A DNA stretch of 64,000 nt from Patescibacteria group bacterium (GCA_004297215.1 SCUM01000001.1:612275-676274), one strand, 5' to 3'; shown: positions 20,821-31,014, numbered from the stretch's first letter. The notes: a model not told the origin generated them from the sequence alone. Made by a program: numbers and translations.

Positions 20821-21519
20821 CTATCTCATCGCGCGAGCGAAGACCGGCTTGTACATGTCGTCGCGCGGATCGATCCGCAGCTCTCGTTCCTGCACGCGTT
20901 CCGTGAATACGACCGGTGCCCCTTCGACGACGCACAACGGGGTCCGTTCGTTCCCCTCCCCCATCACGAAGACGGCGGCAGCCGCGAGCCCGTCCGCGAC
21001 ATTCGTCTGCGTCATTTTCAACGTTCTCCCGAAGATATCGGTCTTCCCGCGATAGTCTCGCAGCCCTTTGATGCCCGCGTAGCCCAACGTGACCCCGGTG
21101 ACGCCGGAACGCAGCGGCAATGTGCGGCTGTCCGTGATCACGACGCCGACCTGTTTCAGGCCATAGTGCTTCTTCAGGGCCTTCCGAAGCGCCTCGGCCG
21201 CGCCGAACGAGTCCTCGGGCCAGAGGATGAGCGATCCATCGGCGTTCGACTCGTCGATCCCGGCGTTGGGGCACCAGTGGCCTTCGTTCAAAGTGAGGTA
21301 ACACCACTTGGTCTTCACCCATGCGTCCGATTCGCGCTTGATGAGCCGCACTTTTTTCCCGCGACCGCTCTTTTCAACGCGACCCTGCGCGAGCGCCACG
21401 ATCTTAGACGTGACCACGAGCACGCTTTTCTCTTTTAGCTTCGGCACAAATCGAAATACGTACTCTTCCAAGGACTGGTTCGGATGAAAAATGGAGCCGC
21501 GAATGACGTTCACGATCAT
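20821..21519 (-). CDS. CofE/F420-0:glutamate ligase-like protein (putative folate gamma-glutamate ligase)
   Basis: VTSKIVA, NAGIDESN, GVVITDS, DYRG..DIFGR, MGEGNERTP. Confidence 0.85.
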   Translation of the reverse strand: MIVNVIRGSIFHPNQSLEEYVFRFVPKLKEKSVLVVTSKIVALAQGRVEKSGRGKKVRLIKRESDAWVKTKWCYLTLNEGHWCPNAGIDESNADGSLILWPEDSFGAAEALRKALKKHYGLKQVGVVITDSRTLPLRSGVTGVTLGYAGIKGLRDYRGKTDIFGRTLKMTQTNVADGLAAAAVFVMGEGNERTPLCVVEGAPVVFTERVQERELRIDPRDDMYKPVFARAMR

Positions 21520-21560
21520 AAAGAAAGAGGACGGGAAGGCGACGAGCCTTCCCGTCAGAA

Positions 21561-22262
21561 TTAGATGTCCTGCAAGGAACAATGTATGGCGCGAGCAAGG
21601 AAGGAGGCGATTTCCGAGGATGATACATCCGGATAAAGCAGCCGGTTTATCTCGATCTGAAGGGCGTCGACGCGTTGCCCGTTCCATTCTTTGGCGATGC
21701 TCCGGACAATCCATCCTCCACGATAGATTCCGGTAACGCCCAATCGTGAATCCGGCGAGAACACAACGCGATATCGCTCCTTAAGGACCCGAGCGACGAA
21801 CAGGTCGCTTTTTCCAGGACATGTCCTGTGTCCATCAGAGCCCAACACGAAGTCATACGTCTCCGGTCCCGGCGAGGCGATAAAACTGTGGAGGTCGACG
21901 ACGAGGCACCGGCCGTTCACGGCGACGGAGCGTCGGATAGCCTCGTGAAGATGATGATGGAACAGGTGGTACGTCGCTTCGAATCCGTCCACGAAGGGCT
22001 CCTGCCCTGGCGCGCGGTTTGCGTCCATATGAGAACGATGCAGCGCGCTCGCAATGCGGCTCGCGCTTATGCCCAATTCTGACAACTCCTTCACGCATGC
22101 GTCAGCGACCTCCCACGTCCCGACGTCGCGCGCATCCGGTCCGCATTCACGTTCCCATCGTAACGTCTCAGCGCGCTGCAGGGCACCGACGACGCGCGTG
22201 GCACCATCATGCGGCACGCTGATTACCACCGGCCCATCACCGAACGACACGTCGATGTACAT
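21561..22262 (-). CDS. N-formylglutamate amidohydrolase family protein
   Basis: SVPHDG, DANR, FH, VDLHSF, YRGGWI, ALQIEINR; GGAGG RBS before ATG 22262. Confidence 0.82.
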   Translation of the reverse strand: MYIDVSFGDGPVVISVPHDGATRVVGALQRAETLRWERECGPDARDVGTWEVADACVKELSELGISASRIASALHRSHMDANRAPGQEPFVDGFEATYHLFHHHLHEAIRRSVAVNGRCLVVDLHSFIASPGPETYDFVLGSDGHRTCPGKSDLFVARVLKERYRVVFSPDSRLGVTGIYRGGWIVRSIAKEWNGQRVDALQIEINRLLYPDVSSSEIASFLARAIHCSLQDI

Positions 22263-22325
22263 GAAGCCTCCTTCAATTTGCAAACAAAAACGCAGAGGAA
22301 ACGGAAATCCTCTGCGTTCAAACGC

Positions 22326-22370
22326 TCAGATGAAGCTGGACCAGGTTTGCATCCGATGCGTGAGAATCAT
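22326..22370 (-). promoter_or_regulatory. Putative attenuator leader peptide MILTHRMQTWSSFI
   Basis: Lies between TTGCTT-17-TATATT promoter and an intrinsic terminator just upstream of the amidohydrolase RBS. Confidence 0.5.
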
Positions 22371-22526
22371 ATCGGAGAGGAATATACGGGAGGCGATGAA
22401 AAGAAGCAAGAAATAGGTTGCCCAACGCGGATCCTTCGTCAGCCGTTCAGTCTCAGGATGACAAGGCTGTCTGCTATGGACGGCGCTTGCCCCCGGCTCC
22501 CCCGCCCTCCATAATGAACCCGACCT

Positions 22527-23561
22527 ATGATCGAACGTGACGAACCTCTCCCCGACGAACGTACCGTCTCCCCCGCCGAACAGGCGCCGGAGCGGGAGTT
22601 TGAGGTGGGGTTGCGTCCGCAAAGGCTCGACGATTTCGTGGGCCAAGCGTCAGTAAAAGACAATCTCTCGGTGCTTCTGGAAGCCGCGAAAGGCCGCGGA
22701 GAGCCGGTCGAGCATGTGCTCCTCTATGGCAACCCGGGCCTGGGCAAGACCACGCTCGCGCACGTGATCGCAAACGAGATGGGGGCGCAGGTGAAGGTGA
22801 CGAGCGGACCGGCGCTTGAGCGCGTGGGCGACCTTGCGGCCATCCTTTCCAACCTCGGCCGCGGCGACGTGCTGTTCATCGATGAGATCCATCGGATGAA
22901 CAAGACGATCGAGGAGGTGCTCTACCCGGCCATGGAGGATTTCGCGCTCGATCTCGTGGTCGGCAAGGGCCCCACCGCGCGCACGCTGCGGCTCAACCTG
23001 GAACCGTTCACCATCATCGGGGCCACCACGCGGCTTTCCATGCTCTCGTCCCCGCTGCGCGACCGCTTTGGCGCCACGTTCCACCTCAACTTCTACGAGG
23101 AATCCGACCTTGCCTCGATCCTTACTCGCAGCGCGCGGATCCTCAAAGTCGACGCCGACGCCGCCGCCGTGGCTCTGCTCTCGCAGCGCTCCCGCCGCAC
23201 CCCGCGCGTGGCGAATCGCCTGCTCAAGCGCGTGCGCGACTTCGCCCAGGTGCGCGGCACGGGCCAGGTCGACGAGGCGGCGACGCACGCCGCGCTCGCC
23301 ATGCTCGACATCGATGCCTTGGGCCTCGACCGCGTGGACCGGCACCTCCTTTCCGTCATCGCGGAAAAGTTCCGCGGCGGTCCGGTAGGCCTTGGCACCC
23401 TCGCGGCCGCCACCCAGGAGGAGGCCGATACCATCGAGGACGTGCATGAGCCGTACCTGATCCAGCTGGGCATGCTCGAGCGCACCCCGCGAGGCCGTAT
23501 GGCCACGGAGCATGCCTACCGACACCTCGGGCATCCGGTTCCAGAACAGCGGATGCTATAA
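22527..23561 (+). CDS. ruvB: Holliday junction branch migration helicase RuvB
   Basis: [48 protein letters not shown]. Confidence 0.98.
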   Translation: MIERDEPLPDERTVSPAEQAPEREFEVGLRPQRLDDFVGQASVKDNLSVLLEAAKGRGEPVEHVLLYGNPGLGKTTLAHVIANEMGAQVKVTSGPALERVGDLAAILSNLGRGDVLFIDEIHRMNKTIEEVLYPAMEDFALDLVVGKGPTARTLRLNLEPFTIIGATTRLSMLSSPLRDRFGATFHLNFYEESDLASILTRSARILKVDADAAAVALLSQRSRRTPRVANRLLKRVRDFAQVRGTGQVDEAATHAALAMLDIDALGLDRVDRHLLSVIAEKFRGGPVGLGTLAAATQEEADTIEDVHEPYLIQLGMLERTPRGRMATEHAYRHLGHPVPEQRML

Positions 23562-23612
23562 TCCGTCATACCTGAAGCCTGAGGCCTTGTCCGCCTGAAG
23601 CCTAACGCCTCT

Positions 23613-23870
23613 ATGCCCATCGCCATCCTCCTCATCCTTTACGCCCTGTTCGTCGTCTTTTTCGTCGTGTACGGAGGCTTCACCTGGTATCACTTGAGCC
23701 GCTTCGGGGTGGCGCACGGGCACCTTGTCGCCATGCAAGCGGTTTTCCTGGTGGGTTCCATTGCCCTGCTTGGCGCTTCCGCCCTTGCCATCCTGTCGTA
23801 TGACTGGACTGCGACCGTCACGACCGACGATCTCGATCGCCTGATCGGCTCCATCTTCCAGACCGTATGA
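23613..23870 (+). CDS. Small two-TM membrane protein
   Basis: Two hydrophobic segments, YHLSRFG. Confidence 0.7.
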   Translation: MPIAILLILYALFVVFFVVYGGFTWYHLSRFGVAHGHLVAMQAVFLVGSIALLGASALAILSYDWTATVTTDDLDRLIGSIFQTV

Positions 23871-24427
23871 TGCGCCTCGACCAACTTCCCAATCAGCAGG
23901 AGGGCGAGAAGGCCGCCCTGTTCCTGCATCGGCATTGGCTTACGCTCGTCTCGATCGCCGCCGTGTTCGGCTTGCTCACGCTGCTCCCGCTCGCCATCGC
24001 CGTTGAGTTCGCCGATGCCCTCGCGACCTTCTTGTCGGACCCGATCCTCGGCCCGCTGCTCACGGTGGTCATGTCCATCTACTATCTCGGCGTGTGGCTG
24101 GTGACCTTCTTCGAATACGCCGACTACGAGCTCGACATCTGGATCGTCACCAACGAACGCATCATCGACGTGGAACAGAAAGGGCTGTTCAACCGCGTGG
24201 CCTCGGAGCTGCACCTCGCGAACATCCAGGACGTGACGACCGAGGTGAAGGGCATGCTGGCCACCTTCCTCGATTACGGCGACGTGTACGTGCAGACCGC
24301 CGGCCAGAAGGACCGGTTCATCTTCAAGCACGTCCCGCACCCGAACAAGGTGAAGGAAACCATCATCGAGCTTTCCGACGCCGACAAGCGCCGCCATGGC
24401 GTAGGCAACGCCGCGCACGCGGTCTGA
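23867..24427 (+). CDS. Membrane protein with bacterial PH domain
   Basis: RHW, two TMs, IVTNERIIDVEQKGLF, IQDV, DYGDVYVQTAG. Confidence 0.85.
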   Translation: MMRLDQLPNQQEGEKAALFLHRHWLTLVSIAAVFGLLTLLPLAIAVEFADALATFLSDPILGPLLTVVMSIYYLGVWLVTFFEYADYELDIWIVTNERIIDVEQKGLFNRVASELHLANIQDVTTEVKGMLATFLDYGDVYVQTAGQKDRFIFKHVPHPNKVKETIIELSDADKRRHGVGNAAHAV

Positions 24428-24525
24428 CAATGAGAAAGCCGGCCTGATGGCCGGCTTTGACTTGAGATTGCTTCGTCGGCTGAGGCCTCCTCGCAATGAC
24501 AGAGAGGACCGGTTTTCGTTTCTCC

Positions 24526-26406
24526 TTATTGCCACCGCTTCGTGATCCCGACGTCCGTGTAGAAGTAATGGAGGATCTGCTCCCAGCCCTGGCCGCGGTT
24601 GGCCATGCACAGCGCCTCGGTGGCGCTCATGCCGATGCCGTGGCCCCAGAGCCTGTAGCCTTTTTCCTTGTCGCACGGGCAGGCCACCCCTTTCACCCAC
24701 GGCACGTCGCCGCCCCACACTTCGCCCCAGTCGTACGTCTTCCCGGCCGAGCGGGAGAAGTACGGGGTGATGGCGGTGCGGCCTTCGTAGGTGACCGTGC
24801 GGCCGCGCGTTTCCTCGACGCTCGCGACGATGCGCGGCGAGGCGGCCTCCTGGTCGTAGCCGCGATACACCTGGTCGTCGGCGTAGCCGGTGATGTGGAA
24901 GAACTCGGGCCCGCGCTTGGTGCCGCGCTCGAAGTGGTAGGTGGCATACGTGCGCGCCGCGGTGATGAGCGCCTTCTGGTATTCCATGTGACTGACGTTG
25001 CTCGTCTCGCCCAGCCCCTTGAGGTACCACTCCATCGGCAGCTCGTTGATGAGCCAGGCGCGGCTCTTCGTGTCGTTATAATGGAGCTCGAGCACGTTGC
25101 GGTAGCGGTTATACGGGCGGTCGGCCCCACGGTTGCGACGGTCCCAGTTCTCGACCGTGCAGATGCCGTTTGGCTCGTCCGGGACGAAGCGCAGGAAGGC
25201 CGGCGTCTTCTCGAACCCGTTGCCGCGGTCGAACCAGTAGCGGCTCTGCTTATAGAGCGCGGTGACCGCCTTGCGCGCCGGAAGCTCGGCGAGCAGCGAC
25301 CCGTCGCCGCCCATCAGCTTCCAGGAGGTCTCGCAGCTCACCTTCACCTGGTTGTCCGTCTCGCCGTCCACGATGAGGATGCCCACGCGCAGCATGGGCT
25401 CTTGCATGTCGAAACGCTCCGAGGGCGAGGGGGCCGGCAGGTCGTCGCGCATCGGGGAATTGAACGCGTCCGGAGCGTTTTGGGTGACTTCCACCGGGAT
25501 GTCCACCGTGAAATCCGGCACCACCTGCTCGTCCACGGCAAGCGCGTATTTCACCGTGTGGGCGCCCTGCGCCTTCGGGGCGTTGAACGTGAATTCGAAA
25601 TACTCGAGCCCGCCCGGCGCCACGTCGGTCCCGACGTTCGCGACCAGCACGGACGAGGAAAGCCAGCTGCGGTGCTGCGTCTCGTTGCGGACGCTCGCGA
25701 TCGCGAAATCCGGCGTGCGTAATTCGCGCTTGCGCCAGACAGCCGTGCCGGTGTTCTTGATCCCGACCTTGTACGCGACCGGATCCCCGCCCTTCGCGAC
25801 GACCTTCTTCTGTGAGCGGATGAGGGTGAGGGCGGAGAGGCCCGTGGGGGGCTGGGTGATTGAGGTTGTTGAGGTGGGAGAGGTCTGGACTGGGGGCTGG
25901 GGGCTGGGGGCTTTTGCCGGCTCGGCCACGACGATGTTGACCGTAAACAGGCCGCCTGGAATCCAGGCGACATCTTCTGCGGCCAGGTTGAAGGTCTCGG
26001 CATACGTGCCAACGGCCTTCGGGGCCTTCAGGTTGAACGAAATGGTACCCGTCTCTCCTGCGCGAGCCGCCTGCTCCTTCATCACGGCCGGTTGGATGGG
26101 ATTTTTCCACGAGGCATCCTGGAAAATGCTCGTGCGGTACTTCGGTCCGTACGTGTACACCGACACGTAGGCCGGACCGGAGTTGGCCCAAGCCGCCGTG
26201 CCGATATTCTTGAAGGAAATGGTGTATGCCTTGGTCTCCCCGGGCGCCATCACGAGCTTGCCGGAACCGGAACTGGAGATTTGCAGCGCCTCGTACCCCT
26301 TGAGCGGGGCGGCAAGCACGGAGGCCGGAGCTGCAAGAAGCACGAACGCCGCCACGAGCATGGCGGCGACGATCCGATGGGGTTTTCGCAAAGAAATTCC
26401 CTCCAT
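24526..26406 (-). CDS. SpoIID/LytB-domain protein with NBR1-like Ig domains
   Basis: FKNIGTAAW, INELPMEWYLKG..E, ARTYA, DQVYRG, GHGIGMS, ILHYFY. Confidence 0.88.
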   Translation of the reverse strand: MEGISLRKPHRIVAAMLVAAFVLLAAPASVLAAPLKGYEALQISSSGSGKLVMAPGETKAYTISFKNIGTAAWANSGPAYVSVYTYGPKYRTSIFQDASWKNPIQPAVMKEQAARAGETGTISFNLKAPKAVGTYAETFNLAAEDVAWIPGGLFTVNIVVAEPAKAPSPQPPVQTSPTSTTSITQPPTGLSALTLIRSQKKVVAKGGDPVAYKVGIKNTGTAVWRKRELRTPDFAIASVRNETQHRSWLSSSVLVANVGTDVAPGGLEYFEFTFNAPKAQGAHTVKYALAVDEQVVPDFTVDIPVEVTQNAPDAFNSPMRDDLPAPSPSERFDMQEPMLRVGILIVDGETDNQVKVSCETSWKLMGGDGSLLAELPARKAVTALYKQSRYWFDRGNGFEKTPAFLRFVPDEPNGICTVENWDRRNRGADRPYNRYRNVLELHYNDTKSRAWLINELPMEWYLKGLGETSNVSHMEYQKALITAARTYATYHFERGTKRGPEFFHITGYADDQVYRGYDQEAASPRIVASVEETRGRTVTYEGRTAITPYFSRSAGKTYDWGEVWGGDVPWVKGVACPCDKEKGYRLWGHGIGMSATEALCMANRGQGWEQILHYFYTDVGITKRWQ

Positions 26407-26475
26407 AATTCGCCACTATCGTATCCGTTTTCCACGCTTCCGTCAACGACGGTTCATGCTACTATACCCGCGCAT

Positions 26476-27909
26476 ATGCCGACGGGTCACGGGCTCAGCA
26501 AAAATTTCGCTCTCCAGGCGGCCGGCAAGGCCGTTTCGGTCGTTTTGGGGCTCGTGATGATCGGGATCCTCACCCGCGCGCTCGGGCCGGAGGGCTATGG
26601 GGCGTTCACCACCGCTTCCACCTATTTGCAGTTTTTCGGGGTCATCGTGGATTTCGGGTTGACCCTCACGCTCCTTGTAATGATCTCCGAGAGCGGCGCG
26701 GATGAGGCCAAGGTCGCCGGCAACGTGCTCGGGCTACGGCTGTTCTCGGCCGCCATCCTGTTCGCGCTCGCCCCGCTCATCGCCCTCCCCATCCCGTGGG
26801 ACGCCACCGTGAAGGCGGCGATCGCCGTGGGCGCGCTCGCCTATTTCTTCATGGCCGGTTCGACGATGCTTGTCGGGGTGTACCAGAAGCATTCGGTAAT
26901 CTGGCGCGCATCGATCGCGGAAGTGGCGAGCCGCGTGGTGCTCGTGGCGCTCACGGCCCTGCTCGCCTGGTTGGGTGCCGGACTCACGGCCATGTTCGCT
27001 GCGCTCGTCATCGCGAACGTGCTGTGGCTCGCGCTTTCCATCGGCCTTGCGCGGCCGTTCGTGCGCCTGCGCCCGCTCATGGACCTCGCCGTGTGGAAAT
27101 CCACGCTCGCGCGCAGCTGGCCCATCGCGCTTTCCATCCTGTTCAACCTGGTGTATCTGAAGGGCGACGTGCTCATCCTCTCGCTCATCCGCAGCCAGGA
27201 AGAAGTGGGTTTCTACGGGGTCGCCTATCGCTTTCTCGACGTGTTCACGGCCGTCCCCACCATGTTCATGGGACTCCTGCTCCCCTCCTTGGTCACGGAC
27301 TGGACCGCCGGACGTCGGGAGGAATTCGGCCGTCACGTGAATCGGACGTTCGACCTGTTCGCGCTCGCCATCGCCCCGATGGCGGCCGGCGGCATCGCCA
27401 TCGCCCCTTCGCTCATCGCGCTGGTGGCCGGATCCGGCTTCGATGCGGCCGCGCCGGCGCTTGCCGTTCTCATGCTCGCCACGCCGGGCATCTTCCTGGG
27501 CGCCCTGTACGGCCATGCGGTCGTCGGGATCGGCAAACAACGCGCCATGGTATGGGGCTATGCCGCCACGGCCGCCCTCACGACGATCGCCTACCTCTAC
27601 CTGATCCCGCGCTGGGGGATCCTCGGCGCCGCCTGGGCAACCGTCGTCTCGGAAACGTTCATGCTCGCGCTCACCTTTTGGATGGTGATGCGCACGAGCG
27701 GCGCGCGTCCACGCCTTGTCGTTGCGACGAAAGCGGTCGCCGCGTCCATGGCCATGTATGCGTTGTTGAAATGGCTCCCGCCCATGGGAGCGCTCCCGTC
27801 CATCGCCGTGGGTGCCGCAAGCTACGCCGTCTTGGCCCTCGCGCTGCGCGCCGTGACGCTCGCGGACCTGCGCGCGCTCATCCCGCACCGATCGCCCGAC
27901 CTGCGCTGA
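26476..27909 (+). CDS. Wzx-type polysaccharide flippase (MOP family)
   Basis: TRALGPEGYG, DFGL, VGFYGVAYR, LIPRWGILGAAWATV; many TMs. Confidence 0.9.
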   Translation: MPTGHGLSKNFALQAAGKAVSVVLGLVMIGILTRALGPEGYGAFTTASTYLQFFGVIVDFGLTLTLLVMISESGADEAKVAGNVLGLRLFSAAILFALAPLIALPIPWDATVKAAIAVGALAYFFMAGSTMLVGVYQKHSVIWRASIAEVASRVVLVALTALLAWLGAGLTAMFAALVIANVLWLALSIGLARPFVRLRPLMDLAVWKSTLARSWPIALSILFNLVYLKGDVLILSLIRSQEEVGFYGVAYRFLDVFTAVPTMFMGLLLPSLVTDWTAGRREEFGRHVNRTFDLFALAIAPMAAGGIAIAPSLIALVAGSGFDAAAPALAVLMLATPGIFLGALYGHAVVGIGKQRAMVWGYAATAALTTIAYLYLIPRWGILGAAWATVVSETFMLALTFWMVMRTSGARPRLVVATKAVAASMAMYALLKWLPPMGALPSIAVGAASYAVLALALRAVTLADLRALIPHRSPDLR

Positions 27910-27912
27910 CGT

Positions 27913-29181
27913 ATGTATTTCCTCCTTCTCGGAGCGGCCTGCGGCTTGTTCGCCTTCGTCGCCTGGCGCGACCTGAAAGGCGGCGTCCTGCTGCTCGTCG
28001 CCGCGCTTCCCGCGTACCTGCTGCGCATCCAGGTCGGACCTGTCCCGTCGACGCTGCTCGAGCTTCTCTTCGGACTCTTGTTCGTCGTGTTCGCCCTTAC
28101 GCGACGTGACCTGGTGCGCGCCTGGCTCGTCGAGCGTCGCGCCTGGCAATCGTGGTACGTCCCATTGGCGCTCCTCATCCTCGCCGCCGGCGTAGGCATG
28201 GCCGCGTCGCCCGTGATGCTGTCCGCGCTGGGGCTGCTCAAGGCATACGTCATCGAACCCATCCTCCTGTTCCTCATCGTGCGCGACCTGTTCGTGACGG
28301 AAACCGACAGGATGCGCCTCCTCCAAGCCCTCGCCGTCGGCGGCGCGTTCGCGGCGCTCGTCGGCATCGCGCAATACGCGCTTAACGCCGGCATCCCCGC
28401 GCCTTGGGACATCGAGCGACGCGTGACCGGCCCGTTCCCCTACCCGAACGCGCTCGGGCTGTATCTTGCTCCAATCATCACGATCGCTGGGGTGTTCCTT
28501 CTATCTGTCTTTGCGAGGAGGCCTCAGCCGACGAAGCAATCTCCCGTCACGATATGGTTCTGGTCCGTCATTCTCCTACTTTGCTCTGTCGCCATCTTCC
28601 TTTCGCAAACCGAAGCGGCATGGGTAAGCATCCCGCCAGTCCTGTTCCTGGCCGCCCTGCGCGAAAAGCGCTTGCGTGTTCCGACACTAAGTGTCGGCGC
28701 GGCCTTGATGTTATTGGTTTTCGCCATCCCGGCCGGCCGACACTTCGTGTCGACCAAGCTCCTGCTCCAAGACGCTTCCGGCCAGGTGCGCATCGCCCAG
28801 TGGCAGGAGACCATCGCGTTCTTGAAGGACGGGCATTGGCTGCTTGGCGCCGGGCTCGCGGGCTATCCGGGCGCCATCGAGCCGTATCACACGCATCCGG
28901 AGTATGAGATCTTCCAGGATCCGCACAACGTGATCCTCAACGTCTGGGTCGAGCTCGGCCTGCTCGGACTCATCGGCACTGCCCTGCTCGCATGGCAGGT
29001 CGTCCGGACCCCCAAGCGCGACTGGGTGGCGCTCGCCGCGTCGTTCGCCTTGCTGCAGATGCTCATCCACGGCCTGGTGGACGTCCCGTTCTTCAAGAAC
29101 GACCTCGCGATGATGACCTTCGTCTTGCTCGCGCTCGTTGCCGCGCAAAAGAAAATGCGCTCGGAGGATCCGGGCGCGTGA
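27913..29181 (+). CDS. O-antigen ligase/Wzy_C family protein
   Basis: RVTGPFPYPNALG, R..W, GAG, PHNVILNVWVELGLLG, HGLVD. Confidence 0.9.
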   Translation: MYFLLLGAACGLFAFVAWRDLKGGVLLLVAALPAYLLRIQVGPVPSTLLELLFGLLFVVFALTRRDLVRAWLVERRAWQSWYVPLALLILAAGVGMAASPVMLSALGLLKAYVIEPILLFLIVRDLFVTETDRMRLLQALAVGGAFAALVGIAQYALNAGIPAPWDIERRVTGPFPYPNALGLYLAPIITIAGVFLLSVFARRPQPTKQSPVTIWFWSVILLLCSVAIFLSQTEAAWVSIPPVLFLAALREKRLRVPTLSVGAALMLLVFAIPAGRHFVSTKLLLQDASGQVRIAQWQETIAFLKDGHWLLGAGLAGYPGAIEPYHTHPEYEIFQDPHNVILNVWVELGLLGLIGTALLAWQVVRTPKRDWVALAASFALLQMLIHGLVDVPFFKNDLAMMTFVLLALVAAQKKMRSEDPGA

Positions 29182-29184
29182 GGA

Positions 29185-30024
29185 TCACGGCAACAGCTTG
29201 ATGAGATGTTCGAGGAAGACGCGCAGCGCGGGCGCATGTCTTTTCGCCTGTGCCTGATTGTCCTCGTGAGAGTGCTCCTGCTTGTCGTCGTTGGTGATGT
29301 ACGACAGGGCGAGCACCCTCACCCCGCTCTTCCTGTGCCCGGCGAGCACCGACGCTTCCGGAAAGGTGCTCATGCCCACGCAGGTCGCTCTGTGCTCTCG
29401 CAAGACCGCCTTGTCGTACGCACGGCCTTCGAAGTTGGGACCGCGCACCATGGCATAGCAGCCCTTGAGCACCGCGAGCTTGTCCGTGTGCGGCCCGCCA
29501 AGCTGCGCGAGGCGGATGAGATCGGGGTCGAGCACGTCGTCCGCGCACCAGAACTCGTCGCGCGTGAGCGGGGGTGGCGGCGCGAACATCGACAGGAACC
29601 CGTCGATGGCTACCACCTGCCCGACCGAGGCACGACCTCCGAGCGCGCCGGCGGCGTTCGTAAGGACGAACGTCTTCACGCCCAGCTCGACCAGCATCTC
29701 CACCTGCAGACGCACCATCTGCTCCACGAGCGGATCGTGCATGCCCTCGTACTGGTGGACGCGTCCCCGCAAGACGATGACGGTCTTCCCGGCCACCTGG
29801 CCGTAGCAGACGAGTCGCTTGTGACCCTGGATTTCGCCGAGCGACTCGAAGCCCGGCAGGTCCCGCATGGGCATGGAACGTTCCTGGGCGATCTCGAGCA
29901 GGTCACCCCAGCCGGTACCCAGGACGAGCGCTGCCTTGGGCATGCGGGATTGTACGATGCTGAACTGCTTCTCGAGCGCCTTCGTGGCCGGCTCCAGATA
30001 CGCCTTCGGATTGAACGAACTCAT
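29185..30024 (-). CDS. Purine-nucleoside phosphorylase (trimeric type)
   Basis: LVLGTGWG, GH, GRVHQYEG, TNAAGAL, GPNFE, VGMSTFPE, ITN; AGGAGG RBS. Confidence 0.9.
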   Translation of the reverse strand: MSSFNPKAYLEPATKALEKQFSIVQSRMPKAALVLGTGWGDLLEIAQERSMPMRDLPGFESLGEIQGHKRLVCYGQVAGKTVIVLRGRVHQYEGMHDPLVEQMVRLQVEMLVELGVKTFVLTNAAGALGGRASVGQVVAIDGFLSMFAPPPPLTRDEFWCADDVLDPDLIRLAQLGGPHTDKLAVLKGCYAMVRGPNFEGRAYDKAVLREHRATCVGMSTFPEASVLAGHRKSGVRVLALSYITNDDKQEHSHEDNQAQAKRHAPALRVFLEHLIKLLP

Positions 30025-30137
30025 CGCTTCCTCCTGGGTCAAATGGACCGACCGCATCCTACCTGGCCCCTTGCCCCTGTCAAAAGACCGGCATGTGGCC
30101 GTGGCTCCTCGGCCTGGGTCGGGGCGTTTGTTGACTA

Positions 30138-30614
30138 TCAGTATCTCGAATGCCGTTTCCATCGCTCAATTCCCAATCCGACGCCATATCCGACAGCAAA
30201 ATAGCTACCGAGCAACAACAAGCTTAGCCCGACAAACCCCAATCGCTCCGAAAAACCGGCACAGAAGTCCGATGGGACATTCGTCAGATCGATGCAATAA
30301 CCGGCCCCTCCCTCCTTGTCCGTCCATGGGGTGCTTCCTGGCTCCTCATACAACGACCAGTGCGTGCATGTCTGCTCGTTGAACGGACAAAACAGGCCGT
30401 ACGGGACGATGAAATGGGAAAAGATCGGAAAAAAATGGCCGGTCAGCGTCATTGGCATGAGCACTCCATCAGGAACCATCCCGCCGTACGCGCGGTCGAT
30501 GGCCGGTAGGGAAAAACCGACATAATAAACCGCGAGGGCGATGCAAACCATCACCCCCGCGATCCCGCCCCGAATTCGGAGCGACGGCTGCTTGAACCGA
30601 TCCCAAAGTCCCAT
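30138..30614 (-). CDS. Hypothetical membrane protein with Cys-rich loop
   Basis: Terminal TM segments around a loop with four Cys. Confidence 0.6.
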   Translation of the reverse strand: MGLWDRFKQPSLRIRGGIAGVMVCIALAVYYVGFSLPAIDRAYGGMVPDGVLMPMTLTGHFFPIFSHFIVPYGLFCPFNEQTCTHWSLYEEPGSTPWTDKEGGAGYCIDLTNVPSDFCAGFSERLGFVGLSLLLLGSYFAVGYGVGLGIERWKRHSRY

Positions 30615-30619
30615 GCCGG

Positions 30620-30976
30620 CTACTTCTTCTTGTTCTTCTTCGGCTTCTTCTTGTTGCGTTGCTGGGCGTGGTTGCCTTTGGCCATACGCGTGCGTGACGA
30701 ATGATGGGGAGATGATACCACGAGGGCCAGCTTCGCTTCACGCGACATCCGTTTGATCCGCGCCTCGCGCTTGAGGGCGGCGGAACGCGACGCGGCCGGT
30801 TCGCTCCACGCGAGCGCAACGGGGCGGCGGGAACGCGTATAGGCGGCGCCGATGCCGGCGTTGTGCTCGGCGATGCGGCGCGGAACGTCGGTCGTGACGC
30901 CCGTATACAGGCTCCCGCCATGCCTGCCGGCAGGCAGGTCGGCGCAGCGCGCGATATAGACGTGCCAGGGAGACAT
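30620..30976 (-). CDS. GIY-YIG nuclease (UPF0213-like) with in-frame palindrome insert and basic tail
   Basis: HVYIARCAD..SLYTGVTTD..RR..EHN, YTRSRRP, SAALKREARIK. Confidence 0.88.
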   Translation of the reverse strand: MSPWHVYIARCADLPAGRHGGSLYTGVTTDVPRRIAEHNAGIGAAYTRSRRPVALAWSEPAASRSAALKREARIKRMSREAKLALVVSSPHHSSRTRMAKGNHAQQRNKKKPKKNKKK

Positions 30977-31014
30977 ATCTTTCAACAAGACCGGCCAAGC
31001 GGCCGGTCTTCGCG

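Noticed and set aside
19277-22420. Integrated element at tRNA-Leu(TAA)
   Set aside because: No integrase and no duplicated tRNA 3' end seen
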